This document shows, one piece after another, positions 27,888 to 41,241 of a DNA stretch of 64,000 bases. The first letter of the stretch is position 1. Each line of letters begins with the position of its first letter. Both the position numbers and the translations under genes were made by a program. Below the pieces are notes generated by a model that was not told the DNA's origin, searched no databases, and saw only the letters and a program-made list of their open reading frames with translations. The DNA comes from Azolla caroliniana (taxonomy: Eukaryota > Plantae > Polypodiophyta): the NCBI GenBank assembly GCA_043228905.1, contig JBHGNT010000006.1, positions 1,674,001 to 1,738,000 on the forward strand, given 5' to 3'.

Positions 27888-28022
27888 ATGGAAAATAATA
27901 CTCAATCCAAGGGCAACGTCAAGACCATTTCTGTGGATAATCATGTTGATCAATCCCCTAGCGTCGCTGCATTCGCCCACCTAATGAAGATCAATCATGT
28001 GATGAACCCCATACTCCTACAG
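27888..28022 (+). CDS. DTX54: MATE transporter, exon 1
   Basis: ATG 27888, 45 open codons (MENNTQ...NPILLQ), CAG|GTAAAA donor, phase 0 to the acceptor TTTGTAG|GTG at 28199/28200. Confidence 0.8.
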
Positions 28023-28199
28023 GTAAAAATTGATGGATGCATTTGACATCCGAATCAATAGGGATTCGTTAATTTGATCCTTCCTTCCCATGAATTAACT
28101 ACAATTTTCCCCAATGAAATTAATATGAAATCCCATGGATTATTAAACTAACGTGACTGATTTATGGGGTTATAATATATGAATATGACAAATTTGTAG

Positions 28200-29731
28200 G
28201 TGATCGTCGAAGAGTTGCGAGATCTAGCTCGAATAGCTCTCCCGCTGACAGCGATGAACTGTGTGGTGTATGTGAGGGCCATGGTTTCAGTGCTGTGCCT
28301 GGGGCGCCTGGGAAGCCTGGAACTGGCGGGCGGTGCTCTGTCGGTCGGCTTCACGAACATCACCGGCTACTCGGTCCTCTTCGGGCTAGCTTCGGGGATG
28401 GATCCGGTGTGCAGCCAGGCCTTCGGCTCCAAGAACTGGAGCCTCATCAGCCTGTCATTGCAGAGGACCATCCTCATGCTCCTCTCAACATGCATCCCCA
28501 TAAGCATCATGTGGCTAAACCTGCACAGAATCATGCTGGCATTGGGCCAGAACCCTAACATCACCAGAGTGGCCAGCATCTACTGCATCTACTCGCTCCC
28601 GGACCTCCTGGCCAATAGCCTGTTGCAACCCCTGAGGGTGTTCCTGAGGTCCCAGGGCAATACCGCGCCAATGATGTGGTGCTCGATCCTCGCGGTCACC
28701 CTCCACGTGCCGCTCACCATCCTACTGGTTTTCGTGTTGAAGCTCGGCGTGCCCGGCGTGGCCATCGCGGCGGTTTGGACCAACTTCCACATGGTCATCT
28801 TCCTGGTTCTCTACATGTGGGTCTCGGGTGCTTGCAGCCAGACATGGGGGGGTTGGAGCATTGCTTGCTTCCATGGCTGGTGGCCTTTGCTTAGCCTGGC
28901 TTTGCCTAGCTGCTTTGCAATTTGCTTGGAATGGTGGTGGTATGAAGTGCTTACCATATTGGCTGGCTACTTGCCCAACCCACAAGACAGCATTGCCTCC
29001 ACCTCCATCTTGATCCAGACCACCTCCTTTATGTACACCTTCCCGCTCGCGTTGAGCTCCTCGGTCTCGGTCCGCGTGGGCAACGAGCTGGGCGCCGGCC
29101 GCCCGGCCCGAGCCCGGGTTGCCGCATGGGTGGCCCTCGCGTGCGCGGCCGCCATCGGCGTCACCAACCTCGCGTGGACGACACTATTCCGGCACACGTG
29201 GGGCCGCGTGTTCACGCGCGATGGCCGAGTCCTCATGCTCACCGCCTCCGTCATGCCCATCGTCGGCTTGTGCGAGCTCGGGAACTGCCCCCAGACCACG
29301 GGCTGCGGGGTCCTGCGTGGCAGCGCCAGGCCGGCCATCGGCGCGCGCATCAACTTGGGCTCCTTCTACTTCGTGGGGACGCCTGTCGCGGTAGGCCTGG
29401 CGTTCTGGTACAAGGCCGGTTTCGTGGGGCTCTGGTTCGGGCTGCTCGCAGCCCAGGCAGCCTGTGCGTTCTCCGTGCTTCTCGTGGTGTCCAGGACCGA
29501 CTGGGCACACGAGGCTGCCAAGGCAAAGCAGCTTGCATGCGGCATTGGAGATGGAGATGGAGATGGAGATAGAGATACCCAACGTGAAGTAGAGCTGATC
29601 ATAGCTAGTACTGTACAAGAAGCACCCAGGGGGGATGGCAATACGGCTAATAATAGCGGTACTAGATCTGGTGCCGGTGCTCCCGCTAATAGTAGTGTTG
29701 GCAGGGGGAAGGGTAGAGGTACATATAGCAT

Positions 29732-29766
<35 letters not shown>

Positions 29767-29828
29767 AAGGTGGTGATGATGAGGAGTACTTGCCTTTCCT
29801 ACATCATCATCATGATGACCATGAATGA
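28200..29828 (+). CDS. DTX54: MATE efflux transporter DTX54/BIGE1-like, exon 2 (587 aa in total)
   Basis: [45 protein letters not shown]...[43 protein letters not shown]; resembles Arabidopsis DTX54 from recall. Low-complexity GD/S/H tail. Confidence 0.93.
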
Positions 29829-32107
29829 TAGGGGATCAGCTTTCGGTACATGATGATGATGATGATGATGATGGTGATGGTGATGGTAATTGAACCCCCC
29901 CCCCCCTCCCCACACACACAGAACCTATTTTTGCTTTGTCTTTTGTTTGTTTCCCTTTTCGATCATCATTCAACAAATGAATGAATGGATGGATGGATAC
30001 ATGCATGCATGCATGCGTGTGAGCAGTGCATCATGCATGCCATGATCCATCCATCCCTCATGCTATTAATATTGTTATTATCATCCATCATAATGAGCGC
30101 CTTCTTCTTTTTTGTTTGGTTTCTAATGGTCCAAACATGATAATGACGATGATGAAGATGACGAGAATGATGACGATTACGTTGGCATGACGTGGATGGT
30201 GACGTCGACGTTATATACATAATAAGAAATTAAATGACGTATAACCTCACCCAGTAAACAACTAACCTTTTTTTTTTCTTCCAAAAATACCCAGAAAACA
30301 ATTTAAAATTTTATGCTCCTCACTCTTCCGCGTCATAATCTCCTCATCCATTTGATACGACGCATTTTATTGAATTTTGTAAATGGTTTTGAATGGATTC
30401 GAAGGCGCCAGGATTTTACTACAATTTGTTATTTATCGTTTTATTATTTTGTTATGCATTTGTATGCTTTTATTTGCTATTTGCTATTTAATTATTTGTT
30501 GTTACCTACGTTTTATATTTTGCAGAACTATACTGTAGATAGGAAGGACATTTTCTTTTCTCAGGTCCTTTTTCGTTTTCTTTTCCTTTTTTAAAAGCCT
30601 TTCGCTGCTTTGATTTTTTATTGTTGGGGTTTTGGGGAGCAGCCCGTGACGTCATCGGATCCTATTTTTATACCATTCCCCCGCCCCCCCCCTTTTTCAT
30701 TTTGCTTTTTGCTTTTTCTTTTCGTCTTCTTCTCCTTTCTCTCTTCTTCTTTGCTCTTTGGAAATAAATATATAGTTTCAAATTTCTCCTTCATCGTATG
30801 TAAATAATATATACATATACTCAAAGTTTATATTGACTCACATTATCACCCTATGCTTGAGTTCAGTCCTTTCCTACGAATGAAGCGGCACATCAATCTT
30901 AACCCCATCGTTGTTCCTGTTGAATTGTCCTTCGAGCAAACAGGGCATCAAAATATGTCTGTATAGCACTTGGGACTCAAAATCAATGACCCTATAAACT
31001 CTTGTGTTCCTGATACTTCTTACATACACAAGGGTATTGTTGAGTGGGTCCTTGGGAGAAGGGGGGATCATTGGGAGTGTGTCATGAAGAGACACTATAG
31101 AGAAACGACGTGTTTTACTCATGAATTTTCTTTTTTTACCAACAAAAAGGATTGATCCAAAGTAGGCCTTGAATATGTGTGATGTTGATGGTGAAAATGT
31201 TGTTGTCCTTCGTGACAAAGGACTAATGGAAACATATAGAGCTTAGGTCATATATTACATCACAATTGGCACAGTATTGGAACACTGAACTTGTTTGATT
31301 TACAATAAGACTGACAAACTTCTCCAAATTGTTGTTTTTAATCGTGTCACCACATATTTGTGATAAAATAGATCGATGTTAGAATGAGACGGTACATATC
31401 TTTGCTTTTTTGTGATCTCTTTAGTGTATTGTTGCAGGCTCATTCTAGAAGTTTACAGAGCACTTAAATAAAGTTCACTTAAGCATCTTCCAATTATAGC
31501 TTTGATTCTAATAAGATCTCGACAGTTCTTGTTTTGTTATATTATAACCATCAAAGCATTATATTCCACAAAATTAATGCCCTTAATCTTTAACACGATG
31601 CAAAATGTTGGCATGTTAGTTCTCTTTGTCATATTACTTTACTTTTGAAAGAGGATGTCGGCCTAGTCTATCACATAAAAGAGCAATATTGATGGATTGT
31701 TTTTAATTGCTTAACATTTTCTGTTCATGGTGCTAGGGCTATCCGTACAATTTTAGAAAATGTTGTGGCTACATGTACAATGCATAAACATCGGAGGCTT
31801 TCTCTTTTATTATTGTTGTTGTTGGCAATAAGGATTCAAATATTGAGCATCTTTGTGCCAGAATTGTTGACATGAATATTGACATGCCAAGAATATGAAG
31901 GGTCTGTATTCTCGAAAAAAATATTACTCATCAAACAAGCGTAAAATATCATATCATATATGAACATATTGGTAAGCCAAGAATCACAAGTGAGTTCCTC
32001 CTTGTAGTACTACCTTGATTTCTTCATGTTTTACCAACTTTATGGATTTGGTGAATGAAGAAAAGTTGGAGCTTTGTCGTTTAATTCGTTGCATTTTGCA
32101 GTGAGCA

Positions 32108-32269
32108 TGTATCACAATAAGTAAATTAACTTATGCATTGTAGATGATAGACATAGAGTATTTAACTTCAGTTCGCATGAAAAGCTATTGTATCATGATA
32201 AGTAAATTAACTTATGCATTGTAGATGATAGACATAGAGTATTTAACTTCTGTTCGCATGAAAAGCTAT
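32108..32269. repeat. 81-bp tandem duplication
   Basis: Two near-identical copies of TGTATCA..ATAAGTAAATTAACTTATGCATTG...GAAAAGCTAT. Confidence 0.9.
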
Positions 32270-33321
32270 TTACGCTAGAAGATTAATGGCATATGTCTTC
32301 CTTTCTTTATTTCCTCTCGAACTAGTGATCATGTCTTCACTTTCATTTAGAAACTTAAAACGCTATTATGAGCGCCTTCGTTATATTTACCTTGAGGTTA
32401 AAAAATGAGGAGAGAACAATGCATGAGGTCTAAAAATGAATACCCCCATTTTGTTGAACTCTAGATTTAGAGCACAATGTGAAAATTTGCCTTCATACAC
32501 CATGCGCAAGAAAACTTTTTAAGGCAAAGATTGTTATGGGCGTTTCTCAAGACAAAAATAGTAAAATAGGTTGGATATGTCTACTATGTTTAAATGTTGG
32601 TATCAAGCACGCTATATTTTACTCAAAAAATGGAACATATTTCTAAATGGAACCATAGTTAGGCAATACTTATACATGTTGATCATCATGACGACTCTTG
32701 ATTGGTTTGAACTTAATCTCTTAGTGCATATTATCTTATGGTTTTATATAGTCATGTGACCTTAGGGCCACCAACAATATAGTACATTTTCCATCGTGCA
32801 CAATTCGTAGAGTTTAGAGTCAAATATGGTGTCACATACTTGTTGCATTGATTTGGCCCATGCATCATCCTAGGATCTCTATGTGGCATCCCGAAACTCG
32901 CCTAATTATATGTATGATAACACACCCTCTGCAATAAATCATTCAAGTTGTATTCAATGATATCTTAAATTCAAATATGCATGGTAACTTGAAGCCATAC
33001 CAAAATAGAGTATCAACATATACACATAATTAACCTTTCAAGATGAAGAGATGCATCAACAATGCTTGGAAATTTCTCATCTATTAATATCCAACCATTA
33101 ACAAAGATTCATATGAAATCTTTAACTCGTCATTAATAAGCAAAAAAATATAAATCTCTAAGTCATTGTTAATAAGAAAAATAATGTAGTTAATCAAATG
33201 CAATGATCAATTTTCATGTTTTTGCTTTCTTTGCAACCAACTCCAAACCATTTTAGGAAAATGTGACATTCATGGTGTTTCACAACAATAAGAAATACAA
33301 GAACATGAGCTTTTACACGAC

Positions 33322-33959
33322 CATAGATTGACATATTCGCATTCGTGGGGTTTCCCATTCGAATGCAAACAAATACGCACACGAATGCAAGGTCAAGTAT
33401 TCGTTTTACCCACACACAAAAAAAAAGGCCCAAGAACTCCCTCCTTTTTTAGTAGGATAAAAAAAAGGGACATTAAAAGAGGGACTTGACACTAATAAAT
33501 TTTTATAATAAATATAAAAGTATTCGTTTTATTTTTAATAAATAAATAAAATAAAATAAAGGTTCATTAGTTCCTCACTTTTTATTCTCTCAAAAAATAT
33601 GGATATTTTTATCTTGACATTAAAAATTGGACTTCACACTAATCATATTTCTATAATAAATATACAAATATTCGTTTTTTTAAAATTAATTAATTAAAAT
33701 AAAGGGCCATAAACTTCTCCATTTTTTATTATACACTATAAAGAAGAGTAAATACTAATCATATGTTTATAATCTTTTTAATAAATGATTGTTCTTTTTT
33801 TAGTGAATTAAATTGATTTAAATAATAAAATGAATTAATTAATATTTTATATATTTATTTTGTAAAACGAATGGTTTTATAATATTCTTGGGTCCATTTC
33901 TTATTCTCGAATATTGAGAATATCACGAATGGAGAATATCTCGCATGTGTCAATCTATC
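33322..33959. mobile_element. hAT-type MITE
   Basis: TIR CATAGATTGACA...TGTCAATCTAT(C), perfect 8-bp TSD TACACGAC (33314-33321, 33960-33967), AT-rich interior. Confidence 0.92.
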
Positions 33960-35745
33960 TACACGACTAATAGCTCAAAGGCTAATTAGGTGCTAGGATG
34001 GATGAGAAGCTAAATTTGATAAGTTTATTTTACATGTTGTTACAATTTTAATGGCATGGATTTTGTTGTTTTTTCTTAAATTCAAATTAAGTTTCATGTT
34101 ATTAGAGAAGCGTTTAATATGTGTAATAAATTTAGATAATCTTTTCTACTATCATATGATGATGTCCCATCATACCATTCAAATATGTTTTTTATTATCA
34201 ATGAGCCACCCATCATTTGACGCTGAAAGCTATTAAAGGCATTTGGATGTTATTGCATACACTTTCTCCTATTCCTTTTAGCTATTTGGGTTGTACCTTC
34301 GCAATTTTGATGCTTTTACAATGAGGCGATGTTGCTTGCAAGGATATCCACGAGCTAGACAATATGTGGGATTGTTGTTTTCTACAAATTAATATCATAC
34401 TTTTGGTCTAAATTTAAAGATAGTGTGTCTGTTTTGAACCTCAAATATTTAGAGTGATTGATATGCAATCCCCAATATCACATAATAGGATGATATAAAC
34501 AAACAATGAAGATCCACCACATCTCGTTGATATATTCTCCATCTTTCATGGAATATATATTAACCAAATAGTGCAATTTACTAGTGTTGTATACCATCAT
34601 ATTCTAACTGCAACTATTTTCCATGTGGTAATGTTTTGTTCCATGTTATCCTCCTATCTCAAAGGATAAGACAACTACTGAAATGACCTCATTTAGCTAG
34701 CCATATTTTTTAACAAAATGACTTTTGCATAATTTTATATACGAATATTCCCATTATCATGTGAAAGCATCGAGCTTAAACTTTGATCCCATATTCACTT
34801 ACGACCCACCCAACACTAAGCAACTACCATCCTTACAACGAAGACTGTTCTTTTTATATTTTTAAATGGTGAGATCCAAACAAGGAACGAGAAAACAAAC
34901 GTTCAAGACATTACATACTAAAGCATAATCTTGAGAAAATCCTTCATACTTATTGTTAACATTTTTATAGTCGATTGCCTAATGTTAGACCTCGAACATA
35001 TTAGTTAGACCTCAAGATGTTTGAGAAAATCTTCTCCCAACAAAACAATAATTTATATGCCTAAGTTATGCAATTTGTTTGATATATTCTCTTGGATAAT
35101 GGCATGTGGTATAATGGAATGTGTATTTTTTTAGGGGCTGAATCTCCTAAAGTGAAACTAATATATGTCATGCTTTATAACGTAATGAAGACATACCACG
35201 AAGTTAAATGTAATGAGCAATTTTGCTTGTAGTATCACATCCTATTCGTCTAGAATACTGAATTGGTTTCTATATTATATAAAGTAATTTATGCAAAATA
35301 GTTTTTTCTTGTGCTATTGTATTTCATTAGAAATCAACTATAATGTTCGTTTGCTAATATCTTTCATGCATTTTATTTTTCTGAAACAATGGAGACCATA
35401 TATTATCAGAAATCGTAAGAAAATGGTGTCCAATGAATAATATTGACTCAATACAAGAGAGAGGACAGGCTTATGTGATAGCATAATAGAAATGGTCATT
35501 CATTTATCTTAGACCTATTAATGATAGATATGCCCAAGGAACTCCATTTGCAGTTGGAGGGTTTTCCATTAACAATGCATGAGGCACAAAATTCTATTAG
35601 GTGTGCCATTTGATATATGGGGCCAGTCCTTTGATGATTTATGTATGATGTAAGAGTGCGTGATTTTAGAAAGAGGGAGAAGAAGAATACATGTATCAAT
35701 GGCTCTAAAGTGGCTAATGTGACCTATGCAAACACATCGTTCGTG

Positions 35746-35781
<36 letters not shown>

Positions 35782-35786
<5 letters not shown>

Positions 35787-38700
35787 TCTTCCATTAGTTA
35801 TAAAATTTTATAGATGAGAATGTTATATACAAATCCCAGTAGGGACCTGATAGTTCCATCTTATGTGGAGGCCTACTCACTCAAAAAAGGGAGAAGACGA
35901 TCATTGTTGGATGAAGACTAATCATTGTCTTTTGATTCCATCGGATCTACTCGCGAGGCCATCGTATTGGGTCTTTACAGTGGTTACAACTTCACTCCAT
36001 ATTTCTTGCAGGAACATTGATTGATGCACGGTTTGATTGGAAAATACCCGTCTACACCGTTGTTTCCAAAGAATCCAAAGAGTTATTGGGCTGACCAATT
36101 CCAACATAATTTGAGTTTTGGCATTAATAGGAGTTGAGTGGATATTGTTGATGGTGGAAAACAAAATCTCTTGTGCCTTTATCACCAACGTCATCCCCTC
36201 CTCCCAATGTTCGTACTTGTCAACTAGGGCTTGCCATGATAACCAACATACATTCCCCCACTTGATTGTGGCTTGCACCTAGCATAATTGCAATAGGCAA
36301 CCAATCCCTGCCATATTCGATGGGTCTTTGGGCAGTCCACAGAGCATGTCGGATTGACTATGTTACATTTGGGCATGTTACACAATTAAACACGTTCGCG
36401 TTCACAAGTGAAAGGATCGCGCATTCCACTTATAGATTCCTTTTATAATCTTGCGATTTTAGGCAATTTTCAGAAAACTTGATACACTAGTATCACATGT
36501 TTAAAATAGCATGTAAAATTTGCTAATTTTTAAAGATTTAACAAGTTTCAAAATTATAATTTCGAAAATTGAATAGTTTTTCAATAAATGTTTAAACGGT
36601 GATGGTCTGCTGATATGAAATGTAAAACCAATATGCATATTTTATTCTTGTAAAAACAAAGATTTTAGTACAATTCGAGTTCATGTCCTAAACCTATTTT
36701 ATTTGAAAAAAAAGAAGATTTCTAAACATGAACTCGATATATTGTATCGAGTTGATGTAAAAAACAGAGTTTTCATCACAATTCCATACAATGTATCAAA
36801 TTCATGTTCAAAGTTTTTTTTCCTGGATTTAAAGAAATAAAAGAATCGAGCTTGAGTTGATGGAAAAACCTATTTTTTCATCACAAATCAATGCAATGTA
36901 TCGAGTTCATGTTTAAATTAATTTTCTTTTTCTTTTTTCCTTTTTTTTTTTAAATTTAAATTTTTTTTTTTGGAAAAAATAAACTTTAAACACGAATTCG
37001 ATACATTGTATTGACTTGTGATGAAAAATCTGGTTTTTTCATCACTTCAAGCTCAAAAACAATTTCAAAAAAAGAAACAAAATAAATAGAAAAAAAATCA
37101 CTTTAAAAAAAAAAACCCGCAAAAAAACGTTCAACATGAACTCAATACATTGTATCAGGTTCATGTCGAAAAGTCATCTTTTTGACGGGAACTCATATAA
37201 TATATCGAATTGGTCTTGAAAACTTTGTTTTTCAACACAAACTCGATACAAGTTCGTGTCAAAAAGTTGACTTTTAAACATGAATTTGTTACAATGTATC
37301 GAGTTTGTGTCAAAAAGTTGACTTTTCAACATGAATTTGATACAATGTATCGAGTTTGTGTCAAAAAGTTGACTTTACAATTCCATACAATGTATCAAAT
37401 TCATGTTCAAAGTTTTTTTTCTTGGATTTAAAAAAATAAAAAAATCGAGCTTGAGTTGATGAAAAAACCAGATTTTTCACCACAATTCAATACAATGTAT
37501 TGAGTTTTGTCAAAAAGTTGACTTTTCAACATGAATTTGATACAATGTATCGAGTTCGAGTTTAGAAATCTTCTTTTTTTTCAAATAAAAGAGGTTTTTT
37601 AAACATGAACTCGAATTATAGTAAAATCTTTGTTTTTACAAGAGAAAAAGATGCACATCGATACTACAAAGAAGTATGTTGCACAACAAGATACCTTTGG
37701 TGAACATGTGCTTCATTGATTAACAAAAAACCATTAATAATTGTGTTGGTGGTAATTGAACCTTGCAAATGCCATTTACGTGCTCTATAAAATATTGTCG
37801 TGGTTCTTAATCACCACTTTAAGCACTTAATGTTGATCTTCATAGTTTGGTTCATCTACAATAGAGAAACATTTATGTGGAACTAAGGATGACAACACGA
37901 GCATAACTCAGGTGACAAGGAAACTTGCAATAACTCAAGGTGGGAATATTAATAACTACACATGTAGATGGCCATGACCTAGGGCACCAATTCTCCATTG
38001 GTAAATTTTTGGACGTGGTGATGCATTAAACCTTTGTAATACATCTATAGTTAAGATTAATGAGGTGGATATCATTGTGTATGACTTTACACTAACAAAA
38101 GTTGGATGTTTAAGGACGACAACGATAGACATAATAAAAGAGATATTACCAAGTTTAGAAGATATCTCAGATTGAAGGCGAACAAGATTTAGTGCACACC
38201 ATTTGGTGAAGACAATGATTTGATTGGTACATTTGAAAATGAGGAGGAAGAGTCACAATTCTATATTAGCTATAGTAGTGATTCTCATGAAAGGAATGAT
38301 GATAGTGATGCAAATAACTTCTAAATGTATTTTTTGTGCAACGATATGTAACAAATTTAGACAACATTTTATCGAATGAAATAAAAAAGTTGATTGTTTT
38401 GAAATCTTTCGCTTATGATTTCGTTAGGGTCTAAAATACTACTAGTTGTAATTTCTCATTAAAAATACGCAAAGTTACTTTTCGTATTTGACCAAAATTT
38501 GGCATTTTTCAATTTTACCAAATGGTGAAATTTTAGATTTTTCATCAAGTTTTCGAGAACATGTGATACTGGTATCAAGGTGTTGTGAAATGGCCAAAAA
38601 AGCCCCAAAATCAGACGGAATATTCCTTATCCATCCATTTGTGCGCGATCCTTCCACTTGTGAACGCGAATGTGTTATTAGGAAAGCTACAAATCCCACA

Positions 38701-39830
38701 CTATCACGCTCCAACTGGTATTGACCTATGTATTAATAGCCTTTGGACGTGGTAATTCACCTAATGTGGTGTTGTTCCCATATTTTTTGCCAAAATTTGG
38801 TAATAATTGTATGGGGAACATGATATGTCTACGAAATCTTTGCAACAGTCGGCTCTTGGGCAATTTCAGCAGCTAGAATGTGGCACCCCAATCTAGTCGT
38901 GAATTGAAAGAAAGTGATGGCTTTGCTTGCTTGATTTGTATAAGGATTGCGCCATGCCCATTGACAAGGGTCCCAGCTTACCTTATGTAGCCATGTGTTT
39001 TCATGAGTACATATGTGTCATTCTGGTTATACTTTGAGCAGCTCAAGGTCTACAATCCATTTACGACATGTATATATGTGAGTACTCGAATTGCCATGTT
39101 CAATATTGGTACCTCATTGTCTTGCAATTCATGGCCTTGAGTCATGTCTGGTGTTTCCCTACCTCTTGGGATCAAGGAGCCCTCCTCCTCGTAGTCCATC
39201 CACTTCTTTATTGTCATCCTTTGATTAGTAGCTTCTCCAATCGATAGAGTGTTCATCATTTCAGATCTCATAGTCCATCCGCCCTTGATTCCATGGAGTA
39301 TGTTGGCTTGATCTTGTAGTGGCAATGGCATAAACCGTCTCCAACATTCTATGCTCTTTCATGGACTTTTTGCAATGCTTCCCAATGATAGCCCCTTACT
39401 TGATCCAATTACTTGACCGGATTAATCTTTGATACATGGGTTCCATAGGATGTGTTCAGTAAGCCAGGCAGGCTCATAGTTAGGCCAATAACACTTGAGT
39501 CCTCATCTTCTGTCACACCACGCCTTCCACATGGATGCACTGAAGCTATTCTCCAATTGCGTGAGAAACTTGGTCTGAGATCCATGTTTAGAATCCATCC
39601 TGTCTGAGGGGCTCAATTGGCCCCTTTATGTGGTGTAAAGGAAGCAAAGCGTATTCGCAATAACTTTTTCCAACAGTCATCCCCTGGTTGGAGTCCTCGC
39701 ACCACAAATTTGGCGAGTAATGCTTTGGACTGTGAGAGGGGATCAATCAGATCCAATCCTCCTCTCGACTTGGGTGATATAAGCACATGCCACGCCACCT
39801 TAGCCCGAGATGCATCTCATTTTGTTTGAT
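35782..39830 (-). mobile_element. 5'-truncated L1-type LINE (post-RT region to 3' end), interrupted by a TIR element
   Basis: AWHVLISPKSRGGLDLID (39613-39798), LWILWKQRCRRVF (35922-36278), and a 3' end abutting a (TA)n tract. Confidence 0.85.
36389..38676 (+). mobile_element. Non-autonomous TIR DNA transposon with a 4-bp TSD (superfamily uncertain; Sola-like candidate)
   Basis: ~35-bp TIR AACAC(G/A)TTCGCGTTCACAAGTG(A/G)AAGGATCGCGCA, TSD ATTA/ATTA, and the empty site CACAATTAGGA in the paralogous LINE at ~21974-21984. Confidence 0.85.
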
Positions 39831-40278
39831 ATGAGATAAGTGATCTACATTATACTATTGTGTTAGAGGAGTTATAATTCAAGCCTTTGATGTTTCACAT
39901 TAATGATGGTTCTTATTTGTTTGTGGAGTGAGCACATCATTCTTTTCCTAGAATGTCTTTGGTGTCTCCTACATTTTTTTTACTCTCTTCAAACATATAC
40001 TTATGGTATATACTTGTCTTCCATCTACTTTATGGTATTAAGTGGGTTCTGAGACTTGTGATATGCAAGTTAAAGTTGATGATCATGGTTTGTTCTAATA
40101 ATTTTTCTGGTGCCTTATGGATAATTTAAGGTCCAAAGGTCTAAAAGAAGAATCCCCAAATCTTTTGGTCCTTGAATACCATTAAATGGCACAATTAACC
40201 AAACCTGTAAAAGAATAATCCCCAAATATGTTATGAGTTGATATGGAGAGTGTGTATTTTGTTTAATGTTGTACACAT

Positions 40279-40321
<43 letters not shown>

Positions 40322-40950
40322 TAGACATATCATTGTCTCTAAGTGAAATGATGAGATCACCAAGAGAATAGACCATGCACACAAAAAGGGATAGAACATA
40401 GAAGAGGATGAAGAGATTTGAGAGGAACAGGGTACTGATATGACATTGAAAAATAAAATAAAATGGAGAGAGCGAATCGACACACTAGAAAAGAGAGAAT
40501 GTTATGATTGTAAGAGATCAAGGGAATTTGCAAAGATAATGAAAAACTAGGAGCGAATGGGAATGCAATGAAAAGCTTAGGGGTACTTGAGATTTTTTCC
40601 AAAAAGATATATCGTCAAAGATCTACGCACCCTACTTAGAGTTGTCTTCACTTTGGAGTCTCTTGACATTGTATAAATTAGTGAAAAAGGTATGCATAGA
40701 TATTTCTTATTGCCAGAAGTGTATGGGCACATGAGTTTATGCAAGCTCAACGAACTCTAATGTTACGGGCATGACCATATAATATCTCGTGGTGAGAATT
40801 TACCGTAGTATTCTATACACGTGGATAAGTGTGAGGGTTAAACGAGAGTGTAAAGAAGGGGAGGATTACTTTTAATCCTCGGGATTGAGACAACCCATTA
40901 GGCCAAGTGTGAACTTGCTTGAGGGCCTTGGGTCTCGTTATAAATATGAG

Positions 40951-41040
40951 GTCAATACCTCGATTTCGATGTAAATGATATGTGTAAGAGGTCAATACCT
41001 TGATTTCGATGTAAATGATATGTGTAAGAGGTCAATACCT
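40951..41040 (+). repeat. 40-bp tandem repeat at the 5'-LTR deletion junction
   Basis: GTCAATACCT(C/T)GATTTCGATGTAAATGATATGTGTAAGAG x2.25. Confidence 0.85.
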
Positions 41041-41241
41041 CAATTGTGTATTATGATTAACCCTTATTTTTGGATGTTTCGTGTGCGTAGAGGCTATATG
41101 CCTCGATTACCTATCTCGATTACATCATTGTTGGCTATTTGATATTACGATTTATTTAATATATGCATATGTGGTCACGTGTATATGTATTTGATCGTAT
41201 ATATGTGATAAATATACATATGTGTATATTAGTTATTACGT

